Below, one piece after another: positions 1-13,878 of a DNA stretch of 64,000 nucleotides (positions within the stretch are counted from its first letter, which is position 1; every line of letters begins with the position of its first letter). A program made the translations under genes and the position numbers. This DNA comes from Nageia nagi (lineage: Eukaryota > Plantae > Pinophyta): NCBI GenBank assembly GCA_050084985.1, contig JBITNC010000001.1, positions 144,646,001 through 144,710,000 on the forward strand, in the 5' to 3' direction. Under the pieces are notes generated by a model. The model was not told where the DNA came from, did not search any database, and was given only the letters and a program-made list of their open reading frames with translations.

Positions 1-3000
1 ATCTATTTAAAGAGTCATTGAGAAGACTATTTTCCTCCATTTCCTCTTTATAGCATTGTGCATATTTGATTTGATTTCTTTGTGTGTTTGAAAAATGGCA
101 ACCAAATGTAGTAACATTATCCATCCATTTTCAGTAACCTTTCATCAAACTAAATTTCATTCTATTTAATTCAATTTTTTTTTTTTTCAATTTAAAACCT
201 AATATCAAGGTATACTAAGTCAACTAATCCAACAAGCAAAACACAATTATTCGATGAATTCACAAAATGGCTCTCAATTTTCTCAAAGCAATGCACCCAT
301 TCTCTTAGAAAGATTAAAATTTGTACATTTTCATCTCCAATATCAAAAGTTCACTCATCTATCCCATCAAAACAAACCAACCCTTATCATTGTGATCTTC
401 ACAACCACATACATGGTGTCATTCCTCACAAAACAAAAATTAACTCTTTTTTAGAACAATCTCTACTCAAATATACACCCATCATATCATACTTATAATT
501 AAATCTATTAAAATATATGACTAGATAAGAATCAAACCTTGAAGGTTCTAATTGCCAACAAAAGCTTTTATGGATTAACCATTCAATTCCATCCTCTTCC
601 CAAACCACACACAAGCTTACCATATTAGCCTAACTTTACAAATATGTTTTATAACATTGGATCATCTATAACTCAAATCCTAAACTTCTTCGAGAAACTC
701 TATTTTTTCATGTGAATTGATCTTCTAAAAATTAAGACAAGATAAATTATTTTTAATTTTATTATACATAAACATTAACATCTTCTTGAGATTGACTTAA
801 TAAAGATGTAAGGAAAAATTATATACCATCATTTTCATCCTTCTTAAATTTATTAATAGCTTGTTATTCATTATAAATTTTGTATGAGTCATAAGGATAC
901 TTAATAATTATATTATAATAGCACAATAAAACATCACATTAAATTAATTTTCAATAGAAAAGGTGATTAAATATTATCATAAAACTAGTTTGGTTCAACT
1001 TCGTTGTTACAACCTAATATGTATAGGGTGAACAACAATAAAAAAATTGTATTTATTAAAATCAAATTGTATATTCCTATATGAATTGGGGTTGAATCGA
1101 GACAAATAAGGTGATGGGTGGAGAGTTTGAGCAGCTAGCCAATGGATAGTTGAGTCAGTTTGATCACACTACCTCAAATATGAGTAATACGGTGAATCAA
1201 GAAACATCACTTCCCCTTTCTCCCCCATGGTAGGGCTTATGGTGATTAGCATGATTGTGAAAATTGAGCCACTTTATTTAATGATCAATTGAAATCTAGT
1301 AATTATTATTGAAAGTTGATAATTCTAATATATAGGAAATTAGATCACTTCCAAAGAATATTATTCATGTGAGTTGTGTTCAAAACATCATGAGACAATT
1401 TGATCCATATTCAATATGGGAGATTGAGATTCTCGTCCAGCCTAACATAAACTCATTAATGGTGAGATGCAACAATACTTAAAGATCCTAACAAGCTAAG
1501 TTCATAGCTAATTGAGCATATCAACATTCAATACTCTTTTATATCTATTGAAAAAAAAGTTAAATCAAACAGTTAAAATAAATAAACTATTAACAATATA
1601 TATCACAAGCATGGAAGAAATTGACTTTTGACAAAGATACATTTGATGTTTCATATTTTCAATCAAATAAATAAATATTATTATCATAATAATCTTCAAA
1701 TAAATATGGAAAATGATCTTTGCATTTTACATATTAATTATTTTAAAATATAACATTAACTTAAAAGAATATAAGCATGTATTATTTACATATGAACAAC
1801 TAAGTTCTATAGTTATAAATTGATAACAAATATGAGTAAAAAGAGTCAAATTCAAATTGTTGTTAGTTCTATCTTTATTAGTGTGTTAATCAAACCAAGA
1901 TCTTATACGACTTAATACAATATCAACATTTCTCCATCATATGTATAGGTCCATCAAGACACCTCCATCACATAATAATTTTTAATATATTAAATTTTGC
2001 CAATATGAATACATTTTAAATGTGAAACCTTCTTAAAGGTCAAGTAAATTTTTCTTTGTATGATAATTCATATGACCTAATACACTTAAGTTCAATCAAT
2101 GTCTCATTGTTGTAGTTTCAAGTTATTATAGATTCATATACAATTCTTCTCATTCAAAATCAAATAATTTTATGTTACATGTTTATTGATTAAAAGCACC
2201 TTACCATACTAGTATGTTATAGCCATCACCCGCAAAGATTATTGATAGAAATGATAAGCTTACTTTGCAATATATTATTGTTAATCATAACTAGTATTAT
2301 TACATTTAATTATTATAAATTTTACAATATTATATTAAGGTATTAACAATAATTTTAATCCCATTAAAGGTCACATAAACATTGAACCAAATCCATCTCT
2401 AGGAGAGAGAAAGGTAGGCTATAAAATATCACAATACTATTTTCATGTAACTTAAAAATTCAACCTACAGGAGCTATGTGGGAGAATATTGATCCCTTTG
2501 AATAAAATCATTAAAATAATAATATGAGGATGTTGCCCAAGAATAAATATTAGCTAATTAAATTGAATACTTTGAACAAATTACATAAACCAACTCTCAA
2601 GCACGTTCATAATGGAGATTCTAAGTGGACCATTTGGAAAAATAAAATTTATTCATATTTGATTTGATGAAATAAAACATCAATCCCAAGAAAATTCTCT
2701 TAAAATACCAACTTTACAATATTCCCCAATAGAAACAACATTAGCAACTCAAAACTTTCATTGTTAGCTGTCACCAACTTGTGATTCCTTGAAGATATTT
2801 AACTGCATAGTAGTGACAATAAATAATCCCTCATGATTACCCAAAAATATGAGCTATGTGAGATCCATATTAAGTAATGTGATATTTTTCATCTACAAAA
2901 ATAACCCAACTTATTTTGCTTCAAAGTTGATTTGTACCTCATAATAATTAGAACATATTCAAGTAACTAAATAATTACTTATGGTTGTGTTTGTAGCAGG

Positions 3001-3999
3001 TACATAGAGAGCTTACCCAACTCCATGTGCATTTCAAATCTACATACATACCACTCAATTATAACCATACCATTTATCCAATTAAATGACAATAAAGCCA
3101 TTCACTCTTTATAGATGCCTCGTATATGACAACTTGATATGAGCATTGATTATATCAACTACATATTAGAAATTTTTTGTTTGTATGGTCATCTAGTATT
3201 TTTATCTCCTCAATTAGGATCACCATAATTTATTTACTAATCATAAATGCCATTACGATGATGCATTCATAAAGCCCAAAATGGTACTAGGTCCATGAGT
3301 CATCCATAGCTAATTTTTGATTTACTCATGCATGACTCTTAACATATCCAAAAAAAATATTAATATATTGTCTTTGATATTTCAACAAAATATTTTCAAA
3401 ATTAATTTAGTAATTTTCATTAGCAAGTTAATAATTAAATAAAACTTTGATAGTGTACCATCATACGGGTATATTTGCAATGATGAGTGCATCATCCTTC
3501 ATGGCAAAATTATTAGGTTCATGATGACCAATGATTTAAAACTAGTCAATAATCATGATTAATCATCAATCAATCATCAAGTCAAACAAAAAGAATAATT
3601 GCATAAAAAATGCATCTTTATAATATTCAAGTTTTGATTGATTTTAGGCTGAGTTTGACTAATTAATCACTTGCTGAGCAAAAGAAACCTATAAATAAAG
3701 GTGTGAGGATCCACGTTTACTCATCCAATTCTAAAGTTTGAAGAACAAAATGGTGAGGGAGAGAAAGCAGGAGTCTTCTAGGTCTTCTTAGCAGTCTTGT
3801 GAGGTATTTTTACTATTATTTTGAGAGGGCATTTGTGATAGTTATCTTGTTGTATTTATGGGTATTGGGTTCTATTGTGAGTTATATTAGTCCAGTTAGA
3901 AGTAGAGTGATGTAAAGCCCATCTCCAGCCAACTTATTATTAAGCTAGTGATTGGTATATTTTCTTCCTTTTTCTTTGATAGTTATGAACTTGCAAATG

Positions 4000-6920
4000 T
4001 TTTTTTTAATGAAAAATACCATTCAATTAATATAAAATCTCTTTCATGCAAAAAAAGGGGCAAGTGGAATTAAGCACACCCCATGGGAAAGCACAACAGA
4101 TAAACAAAAAAAATCCTCTTTGAACTAACTCTAAGGTAGGAATTCATTTCAAAGGAACCTGATTGATGGAACAGGGTGCATTCCCCCAATAATCAAGTAA
4201 GTTTTGTATATGATGAACCTCCATGTTCACTTTCTCAACTTGAACAATTATTTGCAGCCAACATTCATAGAAAATAACATATTTGTTCGCTAAAGAAAAG
4301 GAAGATGAAGCTTCCTACTGAGCAAAAACTATATCATTCTTGACCTTCCAAAGATGATATAAAATACTGAGCCAAAAAATATGCCAAATTTCCTCCAAGG
4401 GTTGAGAGAACTGAATAGGGTCTCCTAATAACACATGAACCCAAGAATGAGTAACCATAAAAGGTCAAAAGAAGGAAAGAATCCAACTCCAAGTAGCTAA
4501 ATCTTTAGAACAAGACCAGAAGACATGAGTGAAACTATCAGGTGCCCCAAAGAAATTACATACTAGGTTGGCCACCCCCAAATATTGAAGCCTATGGCCA
4601 ATAGGTAAGCCTTGATGCAACATGCTCCATGCAAAAAAACTTTATTTAGGGTCAAGGTATCAAGCCCAAATTATAGAAAATCTTAAACTCTATCTAGACT
4701 GGGTGGAAACAAGATCCCAAAGATTGTTCAGATGCTCAAACATAGGGATATTAGGATATAACCAAATATAGCCTAATTTGGGTTTAAACTTATGAAGATG
4801 GATATTCTTAGGCCAATGCCAATCATCCCACTAGGGCTTCTAAAAATGTCATTCTAGTTTCCTCCAGATAGAAAATGGGATTTTTACAAGGACAACATCA
4901 ATTTAGCTTTTTAATATTCTTGTAAATTGAACTTGTTGCAAAATTGATCCCATTGCAACCAATGCTTGGTTTGAAAATAAAAAAACTATTGGAAAGATTC
5001 AATTCCCTTTTAATGAAAGCAAAGGTCTCTAACCCATTGAATATTTACCAAAGGTAATCCATCAAATTTGAGAACAAGATACCACCAAACATTCAGTGAA
5101 GATAAAGAGGTCCTTGATGAAACTTGCTTCCCATTCCACTAAAACCATGGTTTGAGATCTTCCTAGGCTTTCTAGATACTCTTTGCAACAAAAGAACCAA
5201 CAATCTTGATAGGGAATTGAGTAGTGAGAATTGTTTGAAGATATAATCCTTTCCAATATTTCCTACCATATGGGAGGCTTGTAGATACATAATATCAAAT
5301 GAGAATCTTCCAAGCTTCATCACCCTCTAAAGATCTAATTATCCATTTGGCACACAAAGCAAAACCTTGATTCTAGTAATCAAATATGCCCATTCCACCA
5401 ATGGGATGAGTAAGGAAATAAATATCTCATGCCACTATATATAAACCACTTTTTTGGCTATCAAAAGCCCAAACAAAATCTTTAAGAAGTTTTTCCAATT
5501 TTTATAGCACACCTTAGAAGGGACCCAACAAGAGTAATAGTACACTTGAGTAGAAGCTAAGATATTCATACAAATTTGGTACCTCCTTGCAAGAGAAAGC
5601 TTTTTGGTAGTCTAATACCTAATATTTTCTTCAATATTCTAAATAACAAGTTCCAAAGCTGAGTAGGGGAAGACTGAAAGACAAAATGAATACCAAGAAA
5701 TTTAAACATCTCACTAGGTTGAATCAAATTCTAGGGAAAGAGGCTAACCCATTGAAGCATAAGTGTTGCCACTTGTTTGAAGCAAGAATTTTTCTACCAT
5801 TGAATAGTAGAGCCAAAGGCACAACAAAAAATATTCAAACACTCTAAATTCGATCAAACAAATTGATCATCTTCAAGAAGAGTTAAAAAAGAATCATCAA
5901 CAAAATGGCCATTAATGAGATGCAATGGGAAGTTAGGAAAATCAATTCCCCAAATAACACCTTGCTAAGCTTTATGTGCCAAATGATAATCGAAATCCTT
6001 AGTAGCTAAAATAAATAATGAAGGGGCTAAAGGGTAGCCTTGATGGATAGAGCAAGCAAGGGTAATAGGAGGGGACCAAACACCTTTCATAGTAAGAATA
6101 GCAAAGGCATCTCAAAAAGACATTCGAATCGACTGAAGAAAAATATGACCAAATCCAAGTGCTTGGATCATGGATAAGATAAAGTGCTATTCAATCCTAT
6201 CATAGGCTTTTTTTAAACTAATTTGTATCTAACAATAACATTATCTAAGACATAACGACCCTTTACAAAACATGTTTTCTCTGGATGAACAATCAAAGGA
6301 AGCAACGATCTAATATTAAGAGCTAAATCTTTGGCAATAATTTTATAACTCACATTTAACAAAGTTATAGGTATCTAGTTGGTAATGATATTAGGGTATC
6401 CTTTCTTGGGAATGAACTTGATGTTGCCTTTATTGATTAACTAGCCCAAAGAGCCAATGGTCATATCTTCCTTGTACAATTGAAGGAGATCAAAGCCAAC
6501 CAAATCCTAAAATTATTTGTAAAAATTGTAAGGAAATCCATCAATTCTAGGAGCTTTCTCATTAGCCATGTGAGAAAGAGTAGTATTAAGATCCTCAATA
6601 GAAAGAGGATGATCACAAATATCCCTTTGAGATTCATAAAGTTTCAGAGGTATGACAAAGAAACACTCCTTAATGCTATTTTGTCGAGGATCAGTAAGAG
6701 GTTGAGCAAAAAACACTTGTTGGTAATGGGCCACAAAATTGTTAATAATATTAGGAAGGGAGGTAAAACAACCCATTCTACTTGAATAACATGAAACTGA
6801 GTGGCATGAATAGGAGGGTGAAGGTGTTTAAAAAATTCCTTGGAGACTTTATCGCCCACTTTGATCCAATTCATTTTAGCTCGTAGCTGAGCTCCTTTGG
6901 ATTCATATAGCTCCATTTTT
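4000..6920 (-). mobile_element. Degenerate, 5'-truncated L1-clade LINE (ORF2 reverse transcriptase remnant)
   Basis: Minus-strand fragments GAQLRAKMNWIKVGDKVSKEFF (6644-6916) and KAPRIDGFPYNFY (6513-6776), plus IHQGYPLAPSLF (~6020-6050) and FVDD (~5890-5905), are plant L1 RT motifs. T-run at ~4000 may be the poly(A) tail. Many stops and frameshifts. Confidence 0.85.
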
Positions 6921-7476
6921 ATAATTTTTAATTTTAAATCAATTTAAAATCCAACAAAATATATATAATAGAAAAAGGGGTATGACAAGGAAACCAAAAC
7001 TTAGACTCAAAAACATGTAGAAGGTTCAAATCTCGACTCTCCAGTATTCAACTCTTTTGGGATACCTGCAAATGTTTGCTAAAGAGAGTAATTTAATTAT
7101 ATTTTTTTAACTTTACCTTTTAGTGAATAAATAATTTTATTTAATCACCTAGTATAAAGTTTGTTGAAGAAATTATGCTCTCCATTCATAATATAAGTTG
7201 ATTTGGTGTATCAAAAATATGAATCTTTTTACATTTGTTATAGTTAAATGCTAAAGTCTAGAGAGAGTATGCAACAAAATTTGATCTCATGTATCAAAAA
7301 TATGAAGGATTTTATATTTTTTCAATGCTAAAGAGAGTATGCTCTACACTTGCAATGAATGTTAATCTATTGTACTAGAAATCTAAATCTTGTACCTATA
7401 GGAGATATGAAAAATTTAAAACCTATATTTCATTTAAAAAATCAATGTACTCATTTTATTTTTATTTTAATTCACT

Positions 7477-8095
7477 ATGGAAAGATACAAAATGATACAA
7501 TCTGGTAAGAAGGACCCTCCATGGAAAGATGTAAAAGAGGCATTAGGTGTTATAGGATACTCCTGTTATGGCAAGGCGATACATGGTGGGATAAATCGCA
7601 TGAAGTATCATCTTGCCTGCTTTCCTAAAAGAGATGTTGTTATATGCCATCAAGTACCCCTTGAAGTGCAACAACAAATGAATATTAACCAGAAAAATAT
7701 TTCATGAGAATATGCAAGCAATAGTTGTAATAAAACATGCCAAGGGATAAATACTCACCACCCCACCTCCTATTCTTGGTGTACCTGTTAGCAATGTTAT
7801 GCCTAAAGTTCACCATTCAAATGGACAACCTTCCAAAACATAATCTATAGAATCCTTATTTGTCCCACAAAATGTTCCTAGTGGATAAATGACACTAATG
7901 TTATAGGCTAGAAAAAGAGATGCATTCAAAGGTCAGTAAAGTTATTGATTTTTTTAGTATTATTGCAACATACCTTTTCATTATGTTACTTCATCTAGAG
8001 GTACTAGTTTTTTGATATCAGTGGATTTATATGATAAAATAAAATATAGGAATACTCTTTTTAAGATGTTAAAGGACATGGTCTTGTAGGTTGAT
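7477..8095 (+). pseudogene. hAT transposase N-terminal fragment (BED finger, start of DUF659-like region)
   Basis: ORF 7477-7707 with GGINRMKYHLA; downstream frames give YCNIPF and FLISVD..K....LFKMLKDMV. Confidence 0.75.
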
Positions 8096-11000
8096 AAGCA
8101 TGGATCAATGTATTTAATGCATGAAATATCAGTGGATAAGAATTATCTATGTGGATTAAACATATTTTACCTTGATTTAGAAGGTTATAAGGTGTTAGAA
8201 AGGTAATTAAGGGGTTTTAAACATGATTAAGCATTAAGATTATTTAGGTGTATTTAGGGATTAAATGTGTAGGTATCCACATTTTACCCTTTTTGTGATG
8301 CATTTTATGACTAAGCAAGATGTGACAAAAATGAATGAAAGACAACTGATTGATGATGGAAAGAAGGAAATTTAACTAATGTTGATCAAGTTTTACCCTA
8401 ATGATGAAGTTTTGTATTTTTGCAGACTAGAAATTTAGGAAATAACTTGAGCTCAATTATTAACTTCAAAATAACTTAGAACAAAAAATTCTATTATCAT
8501 GGGCTTACATCGTACTGCCACTAAGCATAAACTTGTTGTCATTGAAAGTGATTTTGGGAAAGGTTTATGTTTTTTTCCCAATAGAAAAAGAGTTAAACAT
8601 AACCTGAGGACCTGGTCTTTAAGAACACTTATTTTGAAATCAAGAAAATTGTGAACACATTAGTTCCCCAAGCTATGATGAGGGATATGATCCCTAAAAT
8701 GAGGAATCAAGGAGGATGTAAAAATGAGATGATGAGGTGGTTTGATAAGATGAAAAAGAGGGATGTATGAGAAAGGGTTAGACACACAATGCTTAAGATG
8801 AGAACTTGACACTTCAAGAAAATCCTAATATGAGCATGGTGATTAAGTCATGGCAACTAAATAAAAGGTATATTGAATATCAAAAGCCCTCCAAAATGGT
8901 ATCCAAAAATGCACCTTTGAGTCATCATTTCCAAAAATCATTAATTACAAGTTCTCCATTGAATAGCAGTTTGTCATATCATATCTTCACTTTTCATGCT
9001 TCTAGTCCATATCATAAAAAATAATCATCATTTTGAATCTAACTCATGCTTTTTCATCATATTTCCATGGTCTTGAAATTTTTTTCCCTTAAAAGTTGTG
9101 AATAGGTTCAACTTGTTAAACATAGCAAAATCATCTCCAAAATCTATGAAATTTTATCCTTGGTATTCTTTATAATATATATAATTAGGAAAAAAATATG
9201 AATTTTGAATCTGATATCATCCCAAGAAAAAATAAGCATCAAACAAAACACTTTTCAATACCACCTTTCAATGAAATCACTTTTTACAAATCATCAATGA
9301 AAGTTGTGATCAATTTTGGCTTCAAAAATTAGTCAAATCAACTCCATTTTCAAACCATTTGTTCCTATACTTAGAGTTTCATTCTTTCAATCATATACAT
9401 CTTCCCATTCACAAAATATACATCACTATTCCTTGTTATAGGTCATCAAATTGCATCTCTCATTCACTTTGAAAAGTTATCAAAATTTATTCAAATTCCT
9501 TTTAGGGCTCAATTTTCACCAATTGTGAACATCCATATTTTTGCATTTGTATCATAATTAGTCTTTTTCATCTAATTTGTTAGGTCTATTATTTAGGTCT
9601 AATTTATTATATTTTTCACTTACATCTAAAATCATTTATCCAATTTTCATCTTTGTTTAGTTCATTTTGACATCATTTAGGGTCTAATTCATTTTATCAC
9701 TTGTCCATTATTATATTCATATTAGGTTCATTTCTTGAATCCAATTGTTTGTTGAATTTGTTTCATCAAGTTCATTTCATCATGTCATCATATTTTCATT
9801 TTATATCCAATTCATTTTGTGTTGGGTTTATTGTGTGTCCATCTTATTCATTTTACTAATTTCATTACATCTATATTTTTAGGTTCATTATTTGAATCTA
9901 TTATTGTGTTTTCATCTTCATTTAATATATCTTGTGTGTCCATTTCTAATTCATTTATTAGGTTCATTTTTGAATCTAATCCATTATTCATTTCTTCATC
10001 ATCATCGATAGGTTCATTATGTGAATCTATTTTATCATTTATTTTCATGTAATTCATTTTTAGATTGTTTTCACATCATCAAGTCATAAACATCCATAAT
10101 TCATAGCATATATATCATCAACATAATAAAACCATTCATCATCATAATATAAGCATCAACAAATCCCATCATAGGGTCAATATAAAATGCCATTATCCAT
10201 CACAAGAACATCATCACAGACAAAATACTTATATGTCATCATCAAAACATGTCAAACAAATCATAACATCATAAAACATCAAATATAACTACATAATGTC
10301 AATTTGATCATCATAAAACATATTAAATATCATCATGATATCATACATCAAATCAAATCATACATCATAAATATACAACATTACATCAAATCGACCAAAA
10401 ACCATCATCATATAATAAAAATAATAAAGTATAGTTGGCCACTCATGGCCCTTAAATAATATATATCATCATCATACATCAATAATAATCTATCATCCTT
10501 GAGAGCCTTGTTGTGAAGGTAGAGTCCCCACCCTTCCAGCTCTGGCTCTCACTCTTGATGATGCTGGATTCCTAAAAGACATCATTGAAGATCTAACACT
10601 CACATGCTTCCTAGGAGACCTGAACCGTACTATAGAGAATGAAGCATATATCCCCATATTTGGCATAGACCCATCTGAAGGAACATGAGTTACCTAATAA
10701 TCCATTGGGGGAAGTGGCATTAGTCACCCTCTAATATATCTTTGAAAATTTGCCAACCAAGTCTCTATAATGCCTCTACAATAGTCTATCTCTGCACCCA
10801 TGTCTATAATCACTATTGGGGGTGATGACAACCCTTCTCTATTTCCATCATCAACCTACAACTACTGCTAAATTCTAATAACCTCTTTTTGATCTATATT
10901 TTGGTATTGATGATAATAGTCCCACTCTACTCTATATCTCAGTATGTCACTATCCAACACTTGAAATCCTTGTATTTATTGGGAAAATTGGTTAATATAT

Positions 11001-11717
11001 GCCTACATAGAGGCCATCTATGTTGCATATCCTACAAGGAGCCTTTATAGACCATATCGCTCCTATTGGGCCTAATCATCTCAAACTGGAGCTCATTGAC
11101 CTCACCTTGTAGTCGATCAACTATATGCATATCAAGGTGAGGAGTCACATCTACATTACCATAATCTTTAATGTTAGTATCTCCACCTAGGTCTCTTTCA
11201 TCTCCACCATTGATATTCTTGCCAACATCTATAGCAATATCCTCGCAAGTTCCAACTCTTGCCTTATCACTAGCACTCCCAAGCTCTTCCCCTGATGGGC
11301 CCACTCCTATAGCTACTTGCCTTTTATTCCTTATCTCATCCACTTATTATTGGACCCATCATACAACATGGTCACCCTATTGCTCAAGCAATTAGGCATC
11401 ATACTTTATGATAGTCCCTGCATCATTATCATTTATGATCTCAATACTTGTCTTATCGATAGGTCCCAACTCTGTTTACTATGGTTGAGGAAGGTGCTCT
11501 TCAAATGGGATTCATGTGTACAAAATTGAAGTAGGATGGATATTTTATTGCACTCCAAACTTATGGGTGATCCATCCATATTAAAAAAACTCAACAAAAT
11601 TGGAACATCGATCGCTCAACTATCGCCCCTACAGTAGCCCAATCAACTCTACCACATTAGTATCCCACTAGGGGAATGTTAGATTTTGGCATCATCTAAT
11701 TTGACCAGGTGCTAGTT

Positions 11718-12237
11718 TATAAGGAATACCTCAATATTAATCAATGAAGTAAAAAGCCTATAATACTAATTCCTAAATACCCAAGATTACTTGAATACTA
11801 TTTTAAGAACACATACTCAAAGTAACATTCATACAAAATGACACCAATATAAAGTGGTTCCTCCAACCATGGGAGTATATCCTCTAATGTAAGATCTTAT
11901 TTCTCAAAGAGCACTCTCTTACAACAACTCTTTCTCACTTCTCCTACAATGTAAACAAGAGCATAATTTTATGATAAACTTGAGTGAGTAATCTCAAGGA
12001 GAAGGCCTTCTATTTATAGGCTAAAATCCTTCCTAGATCACCCTTTTAACCATTGTGAAATGTTATGATATGCATCACCCTTTTTTACCCAAGGGGCATG
12101 CTCATGAAATAGAGTGTAGGACAAGTTACATTATCATGTTCAAAAAAACTTAAAAGGTATCTAGGGATACTTTCAAGTATTAGTAAATTTACATTATCAT
12201 ATTCACTATTAAGTGAATTACACTAAGAAACCTTATA
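11718..12237 (-). repeat. Old LTR related to the LTRs of the young copia at 34670/40506
   Basis: Termini TATAAGG...CCTTATA (decayed TG..CA). Shares ATGACACCAATATAA.GTGGTTCCTCC..CC.TGGGAGTA.ATCC, CTCTCTTACAAC, GGCC.TCTATTTATAG and AAGGTATCTA in the same order as the 503-bp LTR. Confidence 0.7.
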
Positions 12238-12680
12238 ATAATGCATTATACATTCCAACAATCAATACCCCTCACTATACCATCATCATGATGTATATAC
12301 ATGTCCTAGCACCATCATGCCATGCCAATAAGAGACTTCACCTATACTACAAATCCCATTTCTATAAGATCGATGGGCCACACAACTGTAATGTTCTGAT
12401 AGGCCCAAGCCTATAGTGTGATTGTCCAACTAATGCCTAGTATTTTTTCCCTCATCAATGCAAATAACTCCTTATATAATTGAGCCAACAAGATAGGGGA
12501 AAATGCAAACACTATTTGATGCTTACACATATCATTATGTACTAAACTTCAAGGGAATCTACCACCCCCCAAATCTAACAATGCATAGCTATAAATAGCT
12601 GACATCAAAAATACACAATAATCAATGCTCCCAATCTACATCGTACAAAGAATACAATGTAAATATGAAAATAGTAATTT

Positions 12681-13878
12681 CACTACTACATTTTAGTAAT
12701 TTTGCATCATCCCATGTGTCAAGCCATAGTTTTATTTTTCAAAAACAAATGTATAAATTATGATGCATCAATTGATGCTAAGGGTATTGTCAAACAAAGC
12801 ATCATTTTTTTTTATCAATTATAACATCATCCCTTGTATCGTATATCAATATTATTAGCATAAAATAATTAATGTTATACATGGTGTATAAAGCATCATT
12901 TATAGTGTCAAAATTATATAAATGAGGAAGATTTCTTATTTGCATCATACATCTTATCAAACAATTCATATATCTTCCTTCCACATTTTACATATATGTC
13001 TAATAGGGCACTCACAACCACAACATCCAATGAAAAATTGATTTATGTATGTATAAACCCTTTTGCAAATATCTAAGTTTGGTGTATTCTTTGAGGATGC
13101 TAGGAAAGGTGAACTCATTTAACTAGACTACTACTGGTGTTTATTACATTTGGTGAAATAGTTTCAATGCCTGTTGAGGAAAGCCATATCTTTGGTAACA
13201 TGAAATTATCATATTCTATGAGAAGATGTTTCATTTGATCATACAATTAAAAATTTCATAGGCATCCATGAAAATACTGATGCCTTCAACATGTCTTTAG
13301 CTCATACAGACCTACATTGCCAAAAATGCATTCAACATGTCTTCAATTCCTATAGACCTGCATTGCCAAAAATACCTTCAATATGTCTTCAACTCCTATA
13401 GATCTGCATTGCCAGAAATACCCTTATAAAGGGAAAGCTCCTTCATTCACTCATCAATGGCACTATTCTTGCCATTAAAAATTGATCGTTGATCAAGGAA
13501 ATTCATCAATGATCATACTTTTTTTTTCAATTCCATGTATCAATTGACACATTGTTTGATGCAATCAAATATGTCACTTGATGCATCACCTTATGTGTCA
13601 CCTTATGCATCAAATGATGCACCAGTTTATGCATGATGCCTCAGTTGATGCATGATGACTTAATTGAAGCCTCGGTTGATGCATTAGTTGATATATCAAT
13701 TGATGTGTCAACTAATGCATCAATTGATGCATCAACTAAGAAGTAAATTGAGGCATCAAAAAATGGTTTTATATAGATTGGCATAGATATGCCAAACAAT
13801 GATGCATCTTGCATCATGGCATAAAAATACAATTTTATGACATATGGTATGATGCAAAATTGCTAAAATGTAGTAGTG
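12681..13878. mobile_element. Non-autonomous CACTA transposon (1198 bp)
   Basis: 30-bp TIR CACTACTACATTTTAG(T/C)AATTTTGCATCAT (29/30 match), 3-bp TSD TTT, subterminal TGATGCATCA repeats, internal ~38-bp tandem repeat x3 at ~13283-13400. Confidence 0.93.

Noticed and set aside
1-3990. Possible LINE or LTR remnants (e.g. TATA-containing 3500-3960)
   Set aside because: Too decayed; no termini, TSD or protein motif could be supported.
9500-10500. Asn/Asp-rich ORF 9848-10057 and CATCAT-rich tract
   Set aside because: Low-complexity interior of a decayed LTR element; no domain recognised.
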